From an uncultured Clostridia bacterium (GTDB lineage: Bacteria; CAYTYR01; UBA6262): a stretch of 33,784 nucleotides of DNA. The notes beneath the pieces are model-generated. The model was given only the letters and a program-made list of their open reading frames with translations. It was not told the DNA's origin and searched no databases. Both the position numbers and the translations under genes were made by a program. The DNA is taken from the NCBI GenBank assembly GCA_964441745.1, contig CAYTYR010000019.1:1-33784 (forward strand), in the 5' to 3' direction. This document shows, one piece after another, positions 26,497 through 33,784 of the stretch; within the stretch, counting starts at the first letter, position 1; the number at the start of each line of letters is the position of its first letter.

Positions 26497-28440
26497 TTAC
26501 CAACCGCCGCCACCACCGCCGCCGCCACCTCCGCCGGATGAGCCGCCACTGCCGCCGGAACTCGACCCCGGAGCTATTGAAGATGAAGAGATAGCGCTGG
26601 AGAATGAGCTGCTAAAACCGGCAGCAAATCCTGTTGCGCCCAGAGTATTCCAGGCGGTGCCATGGTACCAATGAGGATGATAAGATCCGTCTCCTCCGAG
26701 CGAAGCTCTTTGCAAAACGTCGGCAAATTGTTCCGCCCAGGCCTGTTCTACGTCCAAAGCTATAGCGTAAGGCAAATATTTCTCAAAAAGCTCCAATGAT
26801 TTCTGCGGCGGAATTAATATATTAAGCCGGTCTTTTTCTGCTGCTGCCAGGTACATTTTGAATCCCGCGATCTGGTCTATGAGCTTTCTGCCAGCCAGTG
26901 TTGGCGCTTTAAGCAAATGATAGAAAAGGATGTTTATAAAAATACAAACTGCCAGAATGAAAAGTATTCCGACAGAACTACTTTTGACCAAAACGAAAAG
27001 ACCAAAGATTTCTCCGGCTATAAAAGGTATCGAAAAGAGAGTGATGAATAGAGCGCTACCCAGAGTGGATATTTTGTGCGTCCTTCCTTTGATGACCCCC
27101 TTCCATTGCGCGAAGGCAGAGCTTAACAAAAAAAACACTCCAATAGTCCACCCGATCAGCCAGACAGACATAAACAAAGTCACCGGGAAAGCCGTAGTTG
27201 CTTCCAAATAGCCGCTTAATAAGATAATAAGCACTGAGATGAGCAGCCCGGGGATGAAATATTCTTTATTGGTAAAAAAATATACTTTCTCAAAATTGTT
27301 TTTCAGGCTGCCGCGTAGATGTACGATCATTTTTTGTATTTCATGATGATTACTGTTTTTTAATTCCAGCCTGAATCCATAAGCCAATTCCCTGGCAATA
27401 GCTAATTCCTCGGCACTAAGGATCTTTTTATCTTTGCCTATGGTGCTGATAGAATATTCATCCTTTTCATCATTGATCCTGATAAACCCTTTGATGGCCA
27501 TATTCAGCAGCGCTGCCGTGAAAGCCTTATTGTCGTAAGACATTTTCGTAATATAGCGCATAGCTGCCGGTGAAAGCTTTTGCGGCGGGTTGTATAAAGG
27601 AATGATCGTGCCCTTCTCCGGATCTTTTCCCACTTTGGCCCAAACCAGCAGGTAATAAAATACAAGTATTATTACTCCCGCAAGGCCGGCGGCAGTTCCC
27701 TGATTATCCTTATAAAAATAATTAAGTTTCATGGCGGTTGACGGCTCTTGCACATAACCTTTCGGCCATTCCAGCACGATAGTCAATCCTGCTTTGGGAG
27801 CAAGTGCCTGCGAAGTTCTGAAGACAATGTTTCCCAGGGAATCCCTGGCGGTAGTGAAATATTTTTCTGTTGAGCCCTGAAACCCGGTAAACCCGTCAGT
27901 TGCAATAATCTTTTCAGCAGCGTCACCCGGTAATTCCACGGTAGCCGCAGCCTCTTCTATCGGGAAAGACCAGCCATTACCAGTGACATTCCAATAAAGC
28001 TCATCAAAATCCTTGAAGAATCCCAATTGCCGGTTGGTCTGATAGGTTAAAGTGTAAGTATATACCCCTGGGGTCAGTAAAACGTCTTTTTTCCCTATAT
28101 AGACGCGTTTCCCGTTGCTTATATTTTGAACGCGAAATTCCTCCGGAAAACCATTACTTAAAACTTCCGATACCATAAAGCCAACTATATACTTATTGCC
28201 GATCCGGTCCCGGTATTTAGCCGGGAAATCGCGGTAGATGCCATGTTTGATCTGATCGCCATTACAATTGACTTTAATGGTTTCGGTCACAGTCATAGTC
28301 GCGTCAGGGAGGACTTTAATGGCGCTATGAAAGGAAAGGATCTTTTCTTTATTATTAGTGTTCGCGTGAACAAGAACCACGGAAGCAAGAGAGACACAAA
28401 TTACCAGTGCGGATAAAATTATGTGTTTTAGTGTTTTCAC
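26497..28440 (-). CDS. DUF2207 family membrane protein
   Basis: HGIYRDFP, DELYWNVTGNGW, LPYAIALDV and the Gly/Ser tail GGGGGGGGGGW. The likely start is GTG at 28440, before a signal peptide. Confidence 0.9.
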   Translation of the reverse strand: MKTLKHIILSALVICVSLASVVLVHANTNNKEKILSFHSAIKVLPDATMTVTETIKVNCNGDQIKHGIYRDFPAKYRDRIGNKYIVGFMVSEVLSNGFPEEFRVQNISNGKRVYIGKKDVLLTPGVYTYTLTYQTNRQLGFFKDFDELYWNVTGNGWSFPIEEAAATVELPGDAAEKIIATDGFTGFQGSTEKYFTTARDSLGNIVFRTSQALAPKAGLTIVLEWPKGYVQEPSTAMKLNYFYKDNQGTAAGLAGVIILVFYYLLVWAKVGKDPEKGTIIPLYNPPQKLSPAAMRYITKMSYDNKAFTAALLNMAIKGFIRINDEKDEYSISTIGKDKKILSAEELAIARELAYGFRLELKNSNHHEIQKMIVHLRGSLKNNFEKVYFFTNKEYFIPGLLISVLIILLSGYLEATTAFPVTLFMSVWLIGWTIGVFFLLSSAFAQWKGVIKGRTHKISTLGSALFITLFSIPFIAGEIFGLFVLVKSSSVGILFILAVCIFINILFYHLLKAPTLAGRKLIDQIAGFKMYLAAAEKDRLNILIPPQKSLELFEKYLPYAIALDVEQAWAEQFADVLQRASLGGDGSYHPHWYHGTAWNTLGATGFAAGFSSSFSSAISSSSIAPGSSSGGSGGSSGGGGGGGGGGGW

Positions 28441-28444
28441 GCGT

Positions 28445-29008
28445 TTAACCCTTTGGTGAAAAATCCATATCAGGACTTTGCCGTTCAGTGGCATATTCGA
28501 TCTCAAAAAAATCTGCCTCGGTAAAACCCAGCAGACGAGCCAAAAGCATGCCCGGAAAGGACTGGATATAAACATTATAATCGCGCACAGTACCGTTATA
28601 ATACCGCCTGGACATCTGGATTTCGTCTTCCACTGCGCTGATCATTTTCTGCAGTTCCAGGAAACTTTGATCGGCTTTTAGGTCAGGATACGCTTCCGCC
28701 AGAGCAAAAAAACCTTTAAGCGCCTGGGAAATACTATTTTCCAGCTTGCTCTTTTCCTTTATCCCGGCGGCCAGGGACAACCCCGAGCGCAAAGCAGTTA
28801 CATTTTTCATTACCGAAGCTTCATATTGCGCGTAACCTTTCGCGGTTTCTAAGATCTTCGGTAATAAGTCGTGCCTGCGCTTTAGTTGCACGTCAATGCC
28901 AGCCCAGGCTTCACGTACCAGATATTTATACCTGATGAGTTTATTAAAAACAGTAATTAGCAGTGTCAGCAATATGATAATTACCAGAATCGCAGGGAAC
29001 ATCACCAT
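28445..29008 (-). CDS. lemA: LemA family protein
   Basis: AWAGIDVQLKRRHDL, AEAYPDLKA and SRRYYNGTV. Confidence 0.95.
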   Translation of the reverse strand: MVMFPAILVIIILLTLLITVFNKLIRYKYLVREAWAGIDVQLKRRHDLLPKILETAKGYAQYEASVMKNVTALRSGLSLAAGIKEKSKLENSISQALKGFFALAEAYPDLKADQSFLELQKMISAVEDEIQMSRRYYNGTVRDYNVYIQSFPGMLLARLLGFTEADFFEIEYATERQSPDMDFSPKG

Positions 29009-29013
29009 TTTTA

Positions 29014-31515
29014 TTAATCCTTTTCCTGGAAAAGCATCATTTGCGGCTTTTTCATTTTGTGCGGCGCCAGCTTAGGCACGCCATCCTCCCGGTAGCTGTT
29101 TGTTTCCAGGTCATCCAGGATTTGCTTGGAGCGTTCGATGATCGACAATGGCAGGCCGGCCAGTTTAGCGACATGGATACCATAACTTTTATCCGCGACG
29201 CCAGGGACTACTCGGCGCAGGAAGACGATCTTATCCTGCCACTCCCGGACCAGGACATTGTAGTTTTTTACGCGCGGCAGGGTCTGGGACAATTCAGTCA
29301 ATTCAAAATAATGGGTGGCAAACAAAGTACGGAATCCTTTTTCCTGCAAAAATTCTACCACCGCCCAGGCAATGCTGATACCGTCAAAGGTGCTGGTGCC
29401 CCGGCCGATCTCGTCCAGGATGAGCAGGCTGCGTTTGGTGGCATTATTGAGAATATTGGCGGTTTCCGTCATCTCCACCATAAAGGTGCTTTCGCCCCGG
29501 GCAATATTGTCACCCGACCCGATGCGGGTGAAGATCCGGTCAACAATGCCGATCCTGGCTTCTTTAGCCGGTACGAACGAACCGATCTGCGCCATTAATA
29601 CGCATAAGGCTACTTGCCTGATATAGGTAGATTTGCCGGCCATGTTTGGCCCGGTAATAATATGGATCAAGTTATCTTCAGTGTCCAGAGAGACATCATT
29701 AGGCACGAATTTGTCCGCTGTGGCCAGCATATTTTCCACGACTGGATGGCGGCAATCTTTCAAAGCAAGCGTCCCGCTTTCATCTACCACCGGCTTGTAA
29801 TAATCATTAGCGCTGGCTATTTCCGCAAAAGATATCAGTACATCCAACTGGGCCAGGTTGGCTGCTGTTCTTTGGATCGAGGTTGTTTCTTTGGCAATTT
29901 CCTGCCTGACCTGGTTGAAGACCTCATATTCGAGCTTATTGATCTCTTCTTCGGCCCGCAGGATGAGAGTTTCGTGTTCTTTTAATTCCGGAGTGATAAA
30001 GCGTTCCGCGTTCACCAGCGTTTGCTTGCGCACATAATCCGGCGGTACAGCGTCCAGATGAGCTTTGGTTATCTCAATATAGTAACCAAAGACCGAATTA
30101 AAACGCACTTTCAGGGAATTAATACCGGTGCGTTCTTTTTCCTTCAATTCTAAATTAGCCAGGAATTCCTTGCTGGAAGATTTAGCGGTATATAGTTTGT
30201 CCAGCTCGGCATGATAACCGCGTTTGATCAGTCCGCCCTCTTTTACGCTGACGGGCGGTTCATCGATGATCGCCTTATCTACCAGTTCAGCGATTTCCGG
30301 CAGCGGCTTGATCTGGTCAATGATCTCGACCAGCAATTCGGAGCGGAGATTTAACGCGTATTCCTTGATCTTGGGCAATAAGTCAAACGAGTTTTTTAAA
30401 CCGACCAGGTCCCGGGGATTGGCCGTGCCGCAGGTGATCCGGGAAATGAGCCGTTCGAGATCAGCAATTTCTCTCAGCAGTTCACGGATATTTCGCCGGT
30501 TAAGGCCGTTATTATATAATTCTTCCACTGCTTGCAGGCGCTTATTGATCTGCGCCGATTTGATCAAGGGCTGGGTCAGCCAGCGTTTTAACAGGCGCGA
30601 GCCCATGGGCGTCTGGGTCTGGTCCAATACCGATAGTAACGTGTTCTGCGAAGAGTTTTCCTGCTGGTTGCCCATGATTTCCAGATGCCGCAGAGTGCTT
30701 TCATCCAGGATCATATGATCTTCCACATTATAATAAATAATGCGCCGGAGATGGGCCAGTGATTGTTTCTGGGTCTCTTCCAGGTAATCGATGATGGCCC
30801 CTGCTGCCTGTACTACGGTCACCAGATTATCCAGGCCAAAACCTTTCAAGGTACCGACATTAAAATGCGTGATCAGTTTGACATAATTATTCTGGTAGTT
30901 AAAAGCCCAGTCTTCCCGGTAGTTCAACAATTTTTGGCAGTTTTGGCATATTTTAGCGATGCCGCTATTGGCCTTAGCTGCTGCCGGCAGTAAGATCTCA
31001 GCCGGGGAAAGCCGCGCAATTTCCGTCGCCAGTTGTTCCAGGCTGGTATCTCCCTTGAATTGGGTAGCCATGAATTCACCGGTGGAAATATCTACTGTCG
31101 CCAGGCTATAAGTATTTGCTTCAGGATCAACTGCGATGGCGCTTAAGAAATTATTATTGGTTCTCTCCAGGAGATTGTCTTCCAGGATCGTTCCCGGAGT
31201 GATAATCCGGACGATCTCCCGTTTCACCAATCCTTTAGCTGTCGAGGGATCTTCAGTCTGCTCGCAGACTGCAACCTTGTATCCAGCCTTGATGAGCTTG
31301 GCGATATAGCCAGTGACGCTATGGTATGGCACACCGCACATCGGCACCTGGTGCCGGGCGGTCAACGTGATCTGCAGCAATTTAGACGCCAGCTTGGCAT
31401 CATCGCCGAACAACTCGTAAAAATCTCCCAGCCGGAAAAACAGCAACGCCTGCGGATATTGCGTTTTGATCCGCTGGTACTGTTCCATTAAGGGGGTTAG
31501 TTTGGTCGTGGTCAT
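29014..31515 (-). CDS. mutS: DNA mismatch repair protein MutS
   Basis: TPLMEQY, FRLGDFYELF, TGPNMAGKST, STFMVEM, DEIGRGTST and SYGIHVA. Confidence 0.98.
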   Translation of the reverse strand: MTTTKLTPLMEQYQRIKTQYPQALLFFRLGDFYELFGDDAKLASKLLQITLTARHQVPMCGVPYHSVTGYIAKLIKAGYKVAVCEQTEDPSTAKGLVKREIVRIITPGTILEDNLLERTNNNFLSAIAVDPEANTYSLATVDISTGEFMATQFKGDTSLEQLATEIARLSPAEILLPAAAKANSGIAKICQNCQKLLNYREDWAFNYQNNYVKLITHFNVGTLKGFGLDNLVTVVQAAGAIIDYLEETQKQSLAHLRRIIYYNVEDHMILDESTLRHLEIMGNQQENSSQNTLLSVLDQTQTPMGSRLLKRWLTQPLIKSAQINKRLQAVEELYNNGLNRRNIRELLREIADLERLISRITCGTANPRDLVGLKNSFDLLPKIKEYALNLRSELLVEIIDQIKPLPEIAELVDKAIIDEPPVSVKEGGLIKRGYHAELDKLYTAKSSSKEFLANLELKEKERTGINSLKVRFNSVFGYYIEITKAHLDAVPPDYVRKQTLVNAERFITPELKEHETLILRAEEEINKLEYEVFNQVRQEIAKETTSIQRTAANLAQLDVLISFAEIASANDYYKPVVDESGTLALKDCRHPVVENMLATADKFVPNDVSLDTEDNLIHIITGPNMAGKSTYIRQVALCVLMAQIGSFVPAKEARIGIVDRIFTRIGSGDNIARGESTFMVEMTETANILNNATKRSLLILDEIGRGTSTFDGISIAWAVVEFLQEKGFRTLFATHYFELTELSQTLPRVKNYNVLVREWQDKIVFLRRVVPGVADKSYGIHVAKLAGLPLSIIERSKQILDDLETNSYREDGVPKLAPHKMKKPQMMLFQEKD

Positions 31516-31526
31516 TTAGTGTGCCC

Positions 31527-32090
31527 TTACCACCTGAAGGTGATCATTTTCTTGATTCTCTGCACCAGTTTTAGCTGTTTATATGTCCGCTGTACCTGAA
31601 TGACAAAATTTTTGGTTTCCTTATACAGGATCTGGTCTATTCCCAGACTCTGGCTGCCGTTCTTCCAGGCTTTGACAATATTCTTGCCGGCGTTATAGCT
31701 GGCTAACATGGCTACCTGGTCATCGCCGCATTCTTTCCTGATCTCATCCAGGTAATAACAACCGATCCTGATATTGATCTCTGGCACGTAGAGATCATGG
31801 TCATGAAAATCATTAAGTTTTAATTTCCTGGCAACTTCCCGGCCGGTCTCCGGCATGATCTGCATCAATCCGATTGCTCCGACCGGCGACTTGGCATGGG
31901 TCCAGAATTTGCTTTCCACTTTAATGATCGCGGCTATTAGTAAAGGGTCGATCTTATATCTGCCGGCATATTGATTCAGGATGTCGCCATAAAAGATCGG
32001 GTTGATCTTGTTCCAAAAGAAGTTAGTGTTGATTAACACTGCCAAGGCTATGATTATGGCAATAATAGTAAAACTGGTATTTTTTTTCAT
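31527..32090 (-). CDS. Soluble lytic transglycosylase (SLT domain) protein
   Basis: AIIKVES, GAIGLMQIMPETG, SYNAG and ETKNFV, with an N-terminal anchor. Confidence 0.93.
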   Translation of the reverse strand: MKKNTSFTIIAIIIALAVLINTNFFWNKINPIFYGDILNQYAGRYKIDPLLIAAIIKVESKFWTHAKSPVGAIGLMQIMPETGREVARKLKLNDFHDHDLYVPEINIRIGCYYLDEIRKECGDDQVAMLASYNAGKNIVKAWKNGSQSLGIDQILYKETKNFVIQVQRTYKQLKLVQRIKKMITFRW

Positions 32091-32371
32091 TACTTGAGCA
32101 TGACTCCCGGTTTATGCGACACACTGTCTTTGATGTCAATATAATCTTTTAGCTTCTGCAGCTGTAATTTAAGCGAGACGATCCTAATAGAGGCTAAGAT
32201 CAGCGCCCAGATAAAACCAACGAGTATAGAACAAAAGATCACAATGACCAAAGAGATTTCTGCCGACTCCCAGGCAAATAATTTGATGGTCACCGGGATA
32301 GGGTTTTGCATCGCAAAAATAGCGACAAAAACAGCAATCACCAGGAAAAAAACAAGTTTCAATCCCAGCAT
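32090..32371 (-). CDS. LapA (DUF1049) family membrane protein
   Basis: FAMQN..V between two TM helices, followed by a coiled-coil tail. Confidence 0.8.
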   Translation of the reverse strand: MLGLKLVFFLVIAVFVAIFAMQNPIPVTIKLFAWESAEISLVIVIFCSILVGFIWALILASIRIVSLKLQLQKLKDYIDIKDSVSHKPGVMLK

Positions 32372-32384
32372 ATTTCTCCCCTCT

Positions 32385-33773
32385 CTAATACATCCTGGAT
32401 TTTATAGGATGTCTATTTATAGCAGATTTTCCGTAAAGTGTCCAGTTTTTAGCGGCAGTGATTTTTACCGGGATTATTTGCCCGAGGTATAAAGACAATT
32501 GCTGGCCGCTAGTCGCTGGCCGCTGGTTAGGTACAACTGAGGCATCAATAATGACGGTGCGGTACCCGGCAGTCTTGCCAAACAGGTTTTTGCCGTCTGT
32601 CGCCAGGTCCTCTACCAATACCTCTACCTGCTGGCCGATCAAGCCGGCGCTGAGCTCCCTGGCTATCTTTTGCTGGGCCTGGTTGGCCAGTTCCAGGCGC
32701 CGCTGTTTTTCAGTTGCGCTGACCTCGTCAGCTAATTCAGCCGCGGTTGTCCCCGGCCGGGGAGAATACTTGAAAACAAAAGAAGCGTCGAATTTTGCCT
32801 GTTTGACCAGGGACAAGGTTCTCTGGAAATCCTTTTTAGTTTCTCCCGGAAATCCGACGATGATATCCGTAGTGATCGCAAGATCTGGCTTGGCCCGGCG
32901 CAAGGATTTGACCAATCCCAGGAAGTGCGCGGCAGTGTAACCGCGGTTCATTGCTTTCAATATCCGGTCAGAACCGGATTGCAGCGGCAAATGAATATGG
33001 CCGCAAACTTTATCCAGCGAACCGATGGCTTTGATCAAAGTAGCAGACATATCCTTGGGATGGTTGGTCATGAACCTGACGCGCAGTAACCCCGGCAGGC
33101 TGTTGATCTTTTTTAGCAGGTCGGTAAAATCATTCTTACCGTCATGGTAACTGTTCACATTCTGGCCCAGCAAGGTCACTTCCCGGTAACCCTTCTGCAC
33201 CAGGTTCCTGACCTCAGCTACGATGTTCTTGGTGGGACGGGATATTTCCGCGCCGCGGACGTACGGGACCACGCAATACGCGCAGTAATTATTACAGCCC
33301 TGCATGATCGTGACCAGGGCTTTTATTTTATTCGCATGGATTACCGGGAAGTTCTTTTTGATATAACCGGTCTGGTTTTTAATAGCTAATTGTTTCCGGC
33401 GGGTTTTCTGGAAAGTATTGACGAGCTTGGGCAGGTCATAGATGTTAGCCGGACTGACGACCAGGTCCACAAACGGGTATTTTTGGAAGATCTCTTCCCC
33501 CATTTTTTTGGCCGTACAGCCAGCGACGCAGAAAACCGGCTTTTTAGCCTTTTTTGGTGCCTGGTGATACAAATCCCAGAGATTGGAAAAAGCTCGTTCT
33601 TCGGCGTGTTTCCGCACGCTGCAAGTGTTAATAATGATCAAGCCGGCATCTCTCGGTTCAAAGACCTGCTGATACCCGTGCGCCTGCAGTATCCCCGCCA
33701 TAAGCTCGGAATCGTAGATGTTCATCTGGCAGCCAAAAGTCAAAATAAATACATTTTGACTTTTGGCTGTCAT
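32385..33773 (-). CDS. miaB: tRNA-2-methylthio-N6-dimethylallyladenosine synthase MiaB
   Basis: TFGCQMNIYDSE, NTCSVR, radical SAM motif CNNYCAYC, DIIVGFPGET, YSPRPGT and a TRAM domain. Confidence 0.97.
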   Translation of the reverse strand: MTAKSQNVFILTFGCQMNIYDSELMAGILQAHGYQQVFEPRDAGLIIINTCSVRKHAEERAFSNLWDLYHQAPKKAKKPVFCVAGCTAKKMGEEIFQKYPFVDLVVSPANIYDLPKLVNTFQKTRRKQLAIKNQTGYIKKNFPVIHANKIKALVTIMQGCNNYCAYCVVPYVRGAEISRPTKNIVAEVRNLVQKGYREVTLLGQNVNSYHDGKNDFTDLLKKINSLPGLLRVRFMTNHPKDMSATLIKAIGSLDKVCGHIHLPLQSGSDRILKAMNRGYTAAHFLGLVKSLRRAKPDLAITTDIIVGFPGETKKDFQRTLSLVKQAKFDASFVFKYSPRPGTTAAELADEVSATEKQRRLELANQAQQKIARELSAGLIGQQVEVLVEDLATDGKNLFGKTAGYRTVIIDASVVPNQRPATSGQQLSLYLGQIIPVKITAAKNWTLYGKSAINRHPIKSRMY

Positions 33774-33784
33774 CTCCCCTGTTT

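Noticed and set aside
26500-26600. ccg/cca triplet repeats
   Set aside because: They encode the standard Gly/Ser tail of DUF2207 proteins.
28441-28575. Extended N-terminus of DUF2207 in the ORF track
   Set aside because: It overlaps lemA, and the signal peptide begins at GTG 28440.
492-33389. The many plus-strand ORFs and small nested minus-strand ORFs in the track
   Set aside because: They overlap well-supported minus-strand genes, tRNAs or the IS, and show no recognisable motifs.

Overview
This is a bacterial chromosomal segment from a probably diderm organism (OmpA, LapA, lipid A-type acyltransferase), with every credible gene on the minus strand. Reading from the right it holds miaB, lapA-like, an SLT transglycosylase, mutS, a LemA/DUF2207/PilZ block, mutL, miaA, hflX, pgsA, der, plsY and gpsA. 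These are followed by two secreted or outer-membrane hypotheticals, an IS1380-family element and a 324-bp MITE with an 8-bp target duplication. Further left are merR-like, tRNA-Pro(GGG), a glycolipid glycosyltransferase and acyltransferase, two COG2426 membrane proteins around pcm, tRNA-Pro(CGG), ompA, radC, an EndoQ-like PHP nuclease, acylphosphatase, a short sigma70 factor, apt, tRNA-Arg(CCT), a PHP protein and a GH57 gene running off the left edge. The most unusual signal is non-coding. Each tRNA-Pro gene is followed within 25-35 bp by a colinear copy of itself, in which arms are replaced or interrupted by short palindromes, and the identical 22-nt hairpin replaces the D-arm in both copies. 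Both real tRNA-Pro genes are also clamped by 13-bp inverted repeats. Heptamer-repeat arrays occur between genes and in frame inside miaB.
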